A DNA stretch of 63,615 bases, the filler included, from Octopus bimaculoides (taxonomy: Eukaryota): the NCBI RefSeq assembly GCF_001194135.2. It is 4 parts of 4 records of this genome, joined end to end, with 100 filler letters (N's around TTAATTAATTAA, not from the genome) between each part and the next. Parts side by side here need not be neighbours in the genome. Positions count along the whole stretch, not along the records: positions 1 to 31,414 come from NC_068988.1; positions 31,515 to 52,629 come from NC_068983.1; 2 more parts are not named here. The stretch is one strand, 5' to 3'. Made by a program: the position numbers and the translations under genes. Shown here in pieces: positions 23,490-35,877 of this stretch; position 1 is the stretch's first letter, and each line of letters opens with the position of its first letter. The notes below the pieces were generated by a model. It was not told the DNA's origin. It saw only the letters and a program-made list of their open reading frames with translations, and did not search any database.

Positions 23490-24775
23490 GGTGGCATACT
23501 GGTAGAATTGTTAGTATGTTCAACAAAATGCTCAGCATTTCTTCCAGTTCTCTATGTTCTGAGCTCAAATATCATTGATGACAACTTTGCCTTTCATCCT
23601 TTCGGAGTCAATTAGATAAGTACCAGTCAAGTGCTGGGATTGATGATATCATGCCCCCGCCTAAAATTGCCGGCCTTGTGCCAAAATTTGGAATCATTAT
23701 TATTAGGGTGGTGAATTGGTAGGACTGCTGGAGTGTTGGGACAATACCTAGTGGTATTTTTTCTGCCTCTTCGTGTTCTGGTTTCAAATCCTGCCAAGGT
23801 CAGCTTTGCCTTTCATCCCACCAAGCTTGATAAGTGCCAGTCAAATACTGGTATCATTGGTATCAACTCCCATCCCCTTAAAATCACTGGCCTTGTGCCA
23901 AAATTTGGACCCATGATGATATAATGCTTTGCAGTATTTTTTCGGGCTCTTACATTCTGAGTTCAAATCTCACCAATAATTTTGTCTCATTCCTCTAGGG
24001 TCAATAAAATTAATTACCAGTCAAATACTGGAATTGATCCTTAGTATATGACTGCTATTTTATTTTTGCACTTTCAAGAGAGGAGGGGTGCTATTGAATA
24101 GCACCCACCATTCCTCAAAAACTGCTGGCCTTGTGCCTAAATCTAAAACCATTATTATTCAGACCATAGTGGGGAACAGTGGTTGAGCAGTGAAGTAATT
24201 TCCGTACAGTATTTATATTTTTCTTTGTACATTTTTGGAACAATTGTTAGCAGAGAAGATCAATACAAATTCTATTTAGATATTGTTTACTAATTCATCT
24301 AATTGAAATGGTTATATATGTCTGCCTCTATGAATATTTGCACTGAATGTACCGATGAAAGAAATTATTATAATTATTAAGGCAGTGGAACTGGCAGAAT
24401 TGTTAAAGCATCAGAAAAATGCTTTGCATTACATCCTAAGTTCAAATCCTGTCATGAACAACTATGTCTTTCATCCTTTTGGATAAAATATAGTACCACT
24501 GTCAACTAAACCACTCACCTCAAAATTGCTTGCCTTGTGCCAAAATTTGAAACAACAGACAATGAGCTGCAGAATTGTTAGTGCATCAGACAAAATTCTT
24601 AGTAGCATTTCTTCTGATTATTTACATTCTGAGCTGCCATGGTCAAATTTGCTTTTCATCTTTTTGAGGTCAATAAAATAAGTACCAGCCAAGTACTATG
24701 GTTAATGTAATCAACTATTCCCTTTCCACTGAAACTACTGGCCTTGTACTAAAATTGGAAACCATTATTATAACT
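23490..24775 (+). mobile_element. Array of about five same-orientation SINE family A copies
   Basis: Recurrent ctggcagaattgttag, ttctgagttcaaat, tgcctttcatcc and ggccttgtgccaaaatttg. Units lie near 23490, 23705, 23921, 24378 and 24560. Confidence 0.8.
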
Positions 24776-25422
24776 ATTTTGATTTCTTCTCTATTAAAAC
24801 AAAATGCTATTATGTTAGAAAAAACATTTAGTGAAAATAAAAATTGGTAAATAATACATTAAAAAAATGATCCAAGAAATGTAGCTAGAACCCAAAAGAG
24901 ACCCTGTTTTAATTTCATTCCAAAAGTTTAACTGTTCTAACAACAGGAATTTCATTCCTAACCACAATTTTTACTCCCTGACTATTCCATTCCAAATTTT
25001 TGGTGTTTTATGCAAGGGATACTTATTGTGTGTGCATGTTTGATAGAGTATTTCCCCACCATCATGCAAAATTAGCAACGTTTGTCTAGACCCTATTTTC
25101 TGTGGTTATTGGGATTACAAAACCAAGTGTTTATGATCTTACTTACCACACACATGCACACTAGATTCAATGCTTCCACTTTACCTATATATCAAGCTCT
25201 TAAATTTCTGCAAAATAAAAGAAAAAGCAGTGTGTGTGTGTTTCCTCAACTGTACTATGCAATGGAATCCTCAGCCTTACTTGAAGATCTGAATTCCCTA
25301 AGAGGTTTTTTTATTCTATTTGAAGGCCCTACTGAGAAGAGATGGTTGTGCAAGGGAGTGTGCCTGTTGAGGTTTTTGGTAGTGTCCTAAGGGAAACAAC
25401 TCCCAAGTACTAGATTATTTTC

Positions 25423-25471
<49 letters not shown>

Positions 25472-26000
25472 TCAGAAAATAATTACACATCTTGTTTTTA
25501 AATTTCTTTTTTTTTTTTTTTAAACCTTTTGAGACATTGTTTTATTATTCCCGTGTTAAGATTTGATAAATTTGTATGCAGAAGAGGGAGAAGCTACTGC
25601 TGTTGTATGTGTGCTTGGCTGGTTAAACATAGAAAATAGATTTTTAGCAGACTCTCCAAGTTAGGATACAAATATTTAATGTATTTTTAGAGCTAATTTT
25701 TTTTTAATGCATCTTGTAACACACACNNNNNNNNNNNNNNNNNNNNNNNNNNNNNNNNNNNNNNNNNNNNNNNNNNNNNNNNNNNNNNNNNNNNNNNNNN
25801 NNNNNNNNNNNNNNNNNNNNNNNNNNNNNNNNNNNNNNNNNNNNNNNNNNNNNNNNNNNNNNNNNNNNNNNNNNNNNNNNNNNNNNNNNNNNNNNNNNNN
25901 NNNNNNNNNNNNNNNNTTCCTCACTGTTTTGTTTTGCTTTTTTGCCTTTCTTTTCTTCTTCTTTGTGTCTTCCTTGCTCTTGTTCACATTTAACAATGAT

Positions 26001-26032
<32 letters not shown>

Positions 26033-26602
26033 TTTATATTATTCTCTAAGGGTAAGTTGATAAATAAACTCACATATAATGCTTTCAGATGTAGCCATTA
26101 TCCAAGACACACATTTCTCTGGTTTAAATAAGTTATAAATTTCAGTATGATCAGGTATATAGTATATTATAGTGTAATATTAGGTCTTAAAGCAGGGCAT
26201 ATCAATGTATAATTTACCAATAGCAATTGTATTTGTATTTGTGTTTATTTGCTAAAGTTTCTAGAGATAATATAATATAGATTTCCATTGATTTAGAAGT
26301 TATTACCAGGAATCAATATTTGTAATATTTGATTGTTTATAATTAATAATATGAGGAGTTTTCTCCCTTTGACGCACCTGTATTTAAGGAGAAATTTGAA
26401 TGTGAACCAGACTTGGAGACAATGTTTTTGGTGTTTACTTTTTACTCTTTATCTTTTACCCTGAAGATGTGTAAGGTTATTTAACTTGAATTTGACAATT
26501 AAATATAACCTTATACAGAAATGTTGACATAGGAATAAACTTCAATAATAATGGATATTAGCGTCAAAACTCTCATTTAAATTTTTGACACACACACGCA
26601 CG

Positions 26603-26634
<32 letters not shown>

Positions 26635-27125
26635 TTTAACCTTCCCAAGAGGAGTGACTCTGAATCTTTGGACTGATAAGGTTTGTCAGACAGTGGATAA
26701 AGTTAGCAGGCTGAAAGTTTGAAGTTACTATCACTATCCAGTAAATTTTACTATACATATACTCTGCTCAAAGGTATTGAGTAATTCTCCAGTTTACTGT
26801 TAAATTGTTTTATTATATGACATCAAAATAAAGTAATTATTTAAGCATTGGGTATATTATGTAGTACTTAGCTGGGGAACCACATTCACTGCCTGTGACT
26901 ACCTGACATCATCCACAATACTTTTGCAATTGTCAATCGATCTACTTCAGGAATTCCTCAATGTTCAAGTATGCAGCAAGTGATATACAGAAAATGGAAT
27001 ATGCAAGAAAATTTATTACTCGCAGCGATTATTTCAACCTATGGGTAAAAAGAATCGTTATGAGCAATAAAGTGTGTTGTATATTCCAATTTCCATGTCT
27101 ATTGTGTATGTATATATACATGTAC

Positions 27126-27159
<34 letters not shown>

Positions 27160-27699
27160 ATGCATATATATATGTGTGTATATGTATGCATATGTATATA
27201 TATGTGTGTGTGTGTATATGTATATATATATGTGTACATATGTATGTGTGTGTATATATGAGATACGTGTGTATATATATATATATATAATATGTATATA
27301 TTGATCTAGTGAGGGGGGGGCAGTGCACATTGATGCTGTCAAGAGATAGGCACCCAAAACGGTGCACATTGTTTCTTGATGACCTCGTACGCTAGCTAGC
27401 TTCTGGTATGTGGAGTTTTCAACTGGTAGCACTTGCATGTGCAAGTTGTTTTGCAAAACATCTAAGACTTTGTGGTAGGTAACCACTGACAGACCGGAAA
27501 GATGGCTAGGCATCTTGGAAAGACAAGAGGACTGCTCAGAAAGAGAAGCGGGCAATAGGAAAGACTATCGACACCAGAAAACACTGGCGGGTGCTGCAGA
27601 CTTATGATCCTCACCTTTGTAATATGTTGTAACAGACACCAATGAGAATGACAGCCCCACAATTGACCAAGAACGGGGAGTTGACAATCAATTAACACT

Positions 27700-28290
27700 G
27701 AAATGACCTTGGACATGAGTACGGCTATTCATTCGAACAGTGAACAAAGTGCAAACAACTTTGGGTGCAAGCTGTGCTGTAGAACATTTGCAATCGAGGG
27801 AGGCTTGAAGATACATCTGGAAAAGACTTGTAAGAAAAGGACAGAGCAGTGTGGATCATCCGATTGAAAAACACGTGGCAAATCATCCCCAGACTCAATC
27901 CACAGCGGATCAATAAATGCTGCAGCAAAGACCTCTTCCTGACAAGAAACTGCAGGTCATGAAACCAGAGGAAACCAAGTGTTTTATGGCCTGCTGCTAA
28001 TGAGAAGGAAAATATAAAGAGTTTGAAAACAAGGTATGTTGAGCTCTTTATAAAATGACAGGCTCTACAGTAGAGAAACTGGGAAAGTCAACAAGGTCAA
28101 TATATGATACAGGAAATGAATTAATTGGAATGATTTGTTGGACACAGTGTGAGACAACTTGTTATCTTTAGGTCTAACTCATCGTAAAGTAAATACCACC
28201 ATGACCGATATCCAGACTACAGTAGAAAAGACTTATCACTGGATTTGGTTGAAAAGAGACGATTAGCAATGGCTAGAAGAATATTGAGCT
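27700..28290 (+). mobile_element. 5' ORF fragment of an RLE-type non-LTR retrotransposon (HERO-like)
   Basis: Zn finger FGCKLCCRTFAIEGGLKIHLEKTC at 27760-27831, then VLWPAANEK..KEFENKVC and GSTVEKLGK...IYDTG, resembling recalled HERO N-termini. No RT is visible. Confidence 0.55.
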
Positions 28291-28447
28291 ATCCTTAATA
28301 ACCAGTTGATCTAGCAAGTGGGACCTCATACCAGTTAGGGGGCCAGTGTGCAATGATGCCATTGAGAAGTAGGTCCCGAAACGGCATCCATTCTTTCCTG
28401 ATAAACCCGTACACTTGCTGGCTTCCAGTATGCAAAACATGTATATA

Positions 28448-28485
<38 letters not shown>

Positions 28486-29147
28486 TCAGTAAATAGTGGG
28501 GTTGTGTTAACTGCACGTGGAGAAATAATAGGAAAATGAAAAAAAGCCAGAATGCTGAACTGGAAGCATAATTTAATAAAGATTTTTTCTAACCGGTTTT
28601 CATTGCGAAGAAGCAAATTATCAAGAAGAAGGAAAATGAAAATGTTTTTTTANNNNNNNNNNNNNNNNNNNNNNNNNNNNNNNNNNNNNNNNNNNNNNNN
28701 NNNNNNNNNNNNNNNNNNNNNNNNNNNNNNNNNNNNNNNNNNNNNNNNNNNNNNNNNNNNNNNNNNNNNNNNNNNNNNNNNNNNNNNNNNNNNNNNNNNN
28801 NNNNNNNNNNNNNNNNNNNNNNGTAGGAAAAATAAGGATGCATGAGAGTTGAGTTTTGTTAGGTTTAAAAAAAGGGTTAAAAGTTTGTGTTAAGCAGGAA
28901 ATGTGGTGTCAAAACAGGAAGTGTGTGTAAGGGGAGACAAGTGTTTTTAGTTAGAGTTATGAAAACTTTTTTTCAAAACAGGAAGTTTGTGTCTGTACAT
29001 TGAGAAATAAGGTCACTGAGGGGTGTGTGTGTTAAGAAATGGTTGGANNNNNNNNNNNNNNNNNNNNNNNNNNNNNNNNNNNNNNNNNNNNNNNNNNNNN
29101 NNNNNNNNNNNNNNNNNNNNNNNNNNNNNNNNNNNNNNNNNNNNNNN

Positions 29148-29215
29148 GGGTTCGGGTTTTAGAGTTAGGGTTAGGGTTGAGGTTAGGGTTAGGGTTAGGG
29201 TTATGAGTGAGGTTA
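29148..29215 (+). repeat. Short degenerate (TTAGGG)n interstitial telomeric-type repeat
   Basis: gggttcgggttttagagttagggttagggttgaggttagggttagggttagggtta, directly after a 100-N gap. Confidence 0.8.
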
Positions 29216-29888
29216 TGGGAAAATATACACACACAGATACGCACAGCGTAATTTATTATATAAACAATATATGCGTATAAATTACGATTAAACCGGATGA
29301 AATATGTCACAGGGAATAACATTTTTATGACCGGCCAGCACTGACTGTATTCAGCTGAATAGACGTCAGTGATTGGTTGAAATTACAGAAATACGACAAC
29401 TTTAATATGAAATAACTTGCGATGTACATTTTTTTGTTAAGAAGGCTAAGAGAAAAAGTTGTTTTGTATGACACATTCTACCAGTGTCCCAAGTTTGAAA
29501 GTGTTTCATTAAGAAAACAAGTGTTGCCTGTCAAATCACAAGGATCCTAGAATAAGATATACATTTATGTGGGGTAGTATAAGAGAGATATTATTTATAA
29601 GAAAACCATAAGAAGAGAAGATATCAATGGCCAAACCAAAGTGAAAGGGGGGGAAGAAGAAGGAAAAAAGGGAAGGAATAAAGTTAGAAAATCAGGACTA
29701 ATCTAAGAGTATTAAAGTTATGGTTTCAGAAGAGACTTAGAATTAGCTAGAGAAAAGTAGGAATATTATCAATGGTTTGGGTAAAGTTAAAATGTATTCC
29801 AAAATTATACTTTAAAGCTATAACTTAAATAAAGTAGTTAATAGTCTGGGAAACGAAAGGGATTAAAATAATATATTATTAGCAAGAT

Positions 29889-31050
29889 TTACTTTTTAGA
29901 ATATTTAAAGGTGCGAGAGTAACAATGTACACATAGAGCCCTAAGGTCAGATCTATTGTTAATTAGATTAGGATTATCCTTAAGTTTAGAAATTTCATAG
30001 ATTTCCATAGAGCACAGTCTACAGCCGTATCTACTATTTCTATAGGGTTGTTCCCTCCTGATGATTTCCCATTTAAGGTTAAAATCGATACCATTTTCCT
30101 TCAATTCCCAAAATTTATTAGATAATGATGTGCTATTGGCCTTTTGTTTAAGTCTAAACGAAGAAAATGATTGTATAATCGCTGTTTAAGATTGATTGTG
30201 CAACCAACATAAATGTAATTATTAGTTGCAGTAGTTACTGTACATTTATAGACCACGTTACGGGCTAAACAACGGCCAGATACCGGGCAGCGGGCCTTAA
30301 TTCTACAATTGCAATCAAGGGGATTATTAGCTATATATATATATATATTATTATGTTGGTTGTTAATACAATTATCTAAATTGATTATATCAATATTGTT
30401 GGTTGTATTACTGGCTATGCAATCGATATTGTTTGAGCTAGGAAGATTTATCTCATCAACTATGTTAACAGTTGAAGTATCGTTATGTTCATTAACATGT
30501 ACATGATTATTGGATGCATTGGTATTATTAATTGTCTGGTAGTTATTTGTATTGTTATCAATACTAAGATAATTTTTATTTTCAAGGGACCTAGCTAATT
30601 ATATGTTCTTTTCAACTTATTAATGATAGATCCTATATTGGGGAGAGTAGAGTATGAGATACGGATTGTGTGTTGAGAAAAGATTTTATAATATCTATGG
30701 TTAGGGTCGAAATTTTTTTGTAAGATATCCATAAACCTCTTATAGATGTTAGTAGATACTGCATAGTTATAAGGGATGTTGAGCCATATAGAATTTTGTC
30801 TTTTAAATTTGTGATGTAATTGGGATTTGTGGTTATCGTAAGTATTTGGGGTTATATTATTGCTTCTACTATCATTTGTAGTTTTCTTATTGGAATCTAT
30901 CTCGTTATGTAAAGTAATTTTCCTACTCGTATGGCCATTGTTATAGTTTCTTAACCTAGGTTTTTATTAGTGTTAATATGATTATGTAGACACTTATCAG
31001 GTGGTATTTCATTTTTATTCTTATTGTTTAAGCAGGATAGACTATTATTA
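29889..31050 (-). mobile_element. Penelope-like element, 3' ORF fragment with GIY-YIG endonuclease
   Basis: Minus strand gives SIWLNIPY, KIFSQHTIRISYSTLPN, CNCRIKARCPVSGRCL, VVYKC...IYVGCT..LKQRLYNH and WEII.REQPY...CRLC..E.YEI.....NLIN.RSDL..LCVH. Confidence 0.88.
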
Positions 31051-31414
31051 GGTTTTTTTTCTTCTGTTTTCATTACTACCTAACCTACCTTCCTCTAAAT
31101 TGAAATTACTGCTATCTTACCCCTCCTTCTAGAAAGAAGAACAAATAGAATATAGAGAAATTAAATTCCTGTTTGGTTCACTAGACTGTTAATTAACAGC
31201 CCAGTCAAGATTGTATTTTTTTCATCTCCTACTCTTGTATTTGCACACATTTACAAAATGACTTTCTGAAATGAGTTTCCATTATGCAGCTGAGGAGTAC
31301 ATTTTCATTGCACATCTTATGTGGTGTTCTCACTACATAAATAAATGAAGTTTGTACGAAACGTACGAACTGCTACAACCTAATATATTTTTGTTGCTTT
31401 TCTTCAAATATATA

Positions 31415-31514
31415 NNNNNNNNNNNNNNNNNNNNNNNNNNNNNNNNNNNNNNNNNNNNTTAATTAATTAANNNNNNNNNNNNNNNNNNNNNNNNNNNNNN
31501 NNNNNNNNNNNNNN
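31415..31514. other. Assembly gap placeholder: 44 N + TTAATTAATTAA + 44 N (also around 52674-52685 and 60118-60129)
   Basis: An identical 12-mer with stops in all six frames sits centred in 100-bp N blocks three times. Confidence 0.9.
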
Positions 31515-31546
<32 letters not shown>

Positions 31547-31649
31547 ACACACACACACGCACACACACACACGCAGACAACTATATATATATTTATCGAT
31601 CGATACATATAGTTATATAGGCATGTATGTATGCAAGTATCTATGTATT

Positions 31650-31682
<33 letters not shown>

Positions 31683-32866
31683 ATATATGTATGTGTGTGT
31701 GTGTGAGTGTATGTGCGTGTGTGTAAGTAAGTATATATATGTGTGCATATCTTTATAAATACATGTTTTTACCCACATATTTATGTATTTACGCATATTT
31801 ATATATATATGCCTTTTTCTGCTTCATATACATCTGAGGTGTGCTATAGGCACATTCGGAACCATGTCAGTTTCATTATGCACGCTCTTTTAACAAAGAA
31901 AATTTGTGTCTGAAGGGAACTTTATCTTCCGATGCGATGATCTTACATTAACATAGACTTATGACTTCAAGGAATGATGAATATTGTTTAATTGTAATAC
32001 AGCTAATAGTCTTAATGCGAGCTAGAAAATGTTAATGCAAATTGCTTCTAGTAATATTCCACAGCATTGTACATTATGTTTGGAAATTGACTTCACAATC
32101 CGTGTTGAAAGTAAAGAAAATGAGTACGTGTAGAACAAACGCCGATATTTTTGTGTAATTTCTTAATTATAAGGTACCGAAAATCTTGCACGTTCTTCGC
32201 GTAATATTTTACACAAGCACACGCACGTACACATATGCCTGAGTGTGTGCATTCCTATGTCTATAATTTTACTGTGTTAACTGATAGTAAAGACATCTAA
32301 ATACTAACTTTTTCTAAGGGATCTATGATATCGCTTCCCGTACATATTTGCTACACAATCGCTTGTTTGTTGATAAAGTATAAATCCCTCGTTTGTTGAT
32401 AGTGTATGAATTCAGACTATATAATTGGAATCATATTTAGCGCATCCTATTTCATATACAGAATTATCCTCTCTAAATTCAGACTAACATTTTAAATGAA
32501 AACTACAAGTATTGTCAACGTTCGCATCATGTCCCTATTAAACTAAACAGGAACGAAAAGTGTTCACCTGCTAATGATTTCATTTTGGAGAAAATACAAT
32601 GTATTAAAACTATAACGACATTCCGGGCTCCAACAGATGGGGTAATTGGGTGCGAATGATTTGTGCATCCTTTTTTTTGTCCTGTTTGCCGTTTGTCGTG
32701 CTGTCGTCCATTTTTCCGCATGTGTTTTGTTGGTTTCTGTTTGTTGTGTTTTTTTCCTGTTTCCTGTTCTACCTTCGATTTATATACATACATACATATA
32801 TGATTGACCGTTGACTGAAGACTATTCAATTTTTTTTCTCCGTGTTTTTCTCCTTGTCTCCGTATT

Positions 32867-32901
32867 CTTTCTGTTGAAGAGCGTAGCTCGAAACATCAAA
32901 G
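32867..32901 (+). ncRNA. Hammerhead-ribozyme-like motif, variant core CUGUUGA+A
   Basis: CTTT-CTGTTGA-A-GAGC-gta-GCTC-GAAA-CA-TC-AAAG, within a Penelope-type terminus (about 32600-32980). Confidence 0.55.
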
Positions 32902-33047
32902 ACTTTCCGTATTCCCGAGCGTCATACTAATATATACTTTTGTTATTTACACCACCTGTCCTCGTCTGTTGTTATTATTTGTATATTCTCCTATATATAT
33001 ATATGTATATTTATACATAAGAATATATGTATCGACACTTTGCTTCA

Positions 33048-33079
<32 letters not shown>

Positions 33080-35556
33080 ANNNNNNNNNNNNNNNNNNNN
33101 NNNNNNNNNNNNNNNNNNNNNNNNNNNNNNNNNNNNNNNNNNNNNNNNNNNNNNNNNNNNNNNNNNNNNNNNNNNNNNNNNNNNNNNNNNNNNNNNNNNN
33201 NNNNNNNNNNNNNNNNNNNNNNNNNNNNNNNNNNNNNNNNNNNNNNNNNNNNNNNNNNNNNNNNAAATCCAAATATAACATGTACGTTTATACTATTTAC
33301 TATTTGTGAAAAGAAAAGTTTTCAGATAAATACATATATTATCGTCGTCAAAATGTTTTGTTTTTAGATAACGATGGAAATAACTGTATTTTAGCATATT
33401 TCACATTGTGAAATCGTTAGTTTTATATGGCAAAATGTACAGAATTTAGGTATTAAATTTTATGCTATAACCTACAGTAAGTATTGGATATGTTATCATG
33501 GGTATTACATCCGGCACGCTTTTACGTAACATTATGTAAAGTATTTATTGTAGGTTTCTAGGTTATTCCAGTAATGGAGTTTCAGCTAAATGGAAATTAA
33601 AGCATATATCTCCAATTCACAACCCGTAGATAATTTAGTGTTAAAATGTGCACCTAAAATGCAAATGTATCAAAATAATACTTTGTTACATTTTCTCAAA
33701 CGTTGTTAATATACTGTGTGCTTCAAAAACTGAATCTGACTATAATGATCTATGTAATATTCAGCAAAATACAGAAATTAAATCCAATATATATAAACAT
33801 GTAAGAACATGTCATGCTGTAACGACGGAGAATGAAACAAAATTTGAAAAATGCCAATATTTCGCTTATTAATCATCTCTAGGAAGACGAAGACATATGT
33901 GAAACTAGGCACTCAATTTTCAACAGCAGAACTCCCAACATAACGACATTGCACCTTGTTTAATTGAACTGAAGAAATGCAATATTAATTCACATATTCA
34001 TTATGCTTTATAAATAGAGGTCAAAACTTCCTTTCCATGAAAAGGATACAGTTACATCTAAAGGGCTAGTAACTGTAGCACATGTTCGGATTCACTGTCT
34101 TCTCTTTGGTGATTATTTATTGTGAACTCATATGTATAATATTACCAAAACGCTTTTGAGTATGGATTCCAAGAAGGATCTAACCTCGTTAATTTAATGA
34201 CACAATACAAAAACCAAGTATGGTCCACAACAGAATATTACTCATATGTCTATGTCATCTCTGACATTGCTGAATGATAGACTTTACAACTATCCAATTG
34301 ATTAATAATATTTCGCACATTAACTCGTAGTAATCTCTAAATCACAATAAGATTTTGCTAATGTATTCCAAGAATTTCGGCACCAGCGATGTAACGAATA
34401 ACATTTCATTTAGCCTATTGCACATTTACATTTTTACAAAAAAAAACGAAAAATACACACACACACACACACAAAAAACAAAACAAATAACACATCGTAT
34501 AATTCCACCCAAGAATAAACATACCTTACGAATGTCCCATTCTTGTCCGCATTTATTCTCTAGTTGGCGGTTGTTATAGAACATCAAATATAGCATTGTT
34601 GAATGTCATACGAAACGTAAAGTAATTACTAAATTCCAGATATAAACTAGTAGAATACCAGACTTAATAACATAACTGTGGTACAATCAAATATTGTGAA
34701 CTAATAAACATTTAACGGTTTATCTATTTCTGCGTCTTTGTCGACGTTGTTAACTCTAAGTATGAAAGAATCATAGACTATAAAATTAAAGTGCTATAAT
34801 GACATCTATGAAACGTTAATGCATCATATTTTTATTTAGAATACATTTTACGCCCAAGTGTACATTGTTGCCAATATATTTACCTGCGTGTTTTACATTC
34901 TCGTATGTAAATTTGATAAGGAGAAAATCTTTAAAAAAAACTATATGTTGGTAGAAATTCAATTGAGAATAAACTCTGATGACCGTATGAACGATCTGAA
35001 TGGAAGAGTTACACAAAATTGATTTGAAAATGCTAAAATATCAGAAAACAATACAAGCAGACAAAATATCTAGGCTGTCAAATAGAGTTCAAATGTCGCC
35101 ATTGATTCAGGATGTCATCCTGTATGAGAATGCAAAAAAGATTTTTTTTAAATATGAAGGGAAAAACACTAATAAGGTGGTATGTATCGATAATTAAATC
35201 TTCCAAAGTGCAAAGGGGTTTCAAAACGAAAACATCGATGTATTTCTTTTCCCGGTTACTGAAGAATAACTAAATATGTTAGGTGTTCTGGCAAAGCATC
35301 CATCACTAAAATAGAGATAATTTCCTAAGGATAAAAAGTGTATCGGTTACGGAAGAACATTATTCAATATCAAAATGATGTAATGTATTATTATACTAAA
35401 AAATATGTACCTTATAATCAAGCTGTGTTATTTTTTACAGTGAAAAATATTTTGTTTAATGAATATTTACACTTCGTCTACAGTTTCTTACTTATTATCA
35501 AAATTATATATCCAATTCTAGTATTATACAACAAATTACATAATGCAGTAGCGTTC

Positions 35557-35600
<44 letters not shown>

Positions 35601-35602
<2 letters not shown>

Positions 35603-35877
35603 CGCAGGCTAGCTGTGTGGTGTGAGTAGCTCCCTATTCAGCCACATGGTTGCAGGTTCGGTTCCAATGCGTGACACTTTGGGTATGTGTTTTCTACTAT
35701 AACCTCGAGCCGACCAAAGCCTTGGTATGTTTACGTCCCCGTAATCGACGATGGATAACAATAGAATTAATATCAGGCATAAAAAAGTCCTATGGTCGAT
35801 TCATTCCACTAAAAATTCTTCAAGGTGGTGCCCCAGCATGGTGGCATTTTAACGATGGAAAAAGTAAAAGATAAAAA
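35601..35877 (+). mobile_element. SINE family B, internally deleted copy
   Basis: ggcgcaggctagctgtgtgg head after (TA)n, cctcgagccgaccaaagcc, and tail aaggtggtgccccagcatgg. Confidence 0.75.

Noticed and set aside
29148-29215. True chromosome end
   Set aside because: The tract is short, degenerate and flanked by ordinary sequence on both sides.
31459-31470. TTAATTAATTAA 12-mer found three times as a possible conserved motif
   Set aside because: It is always centred in a 44N+12+44N block, so it is an assembly placeholder.
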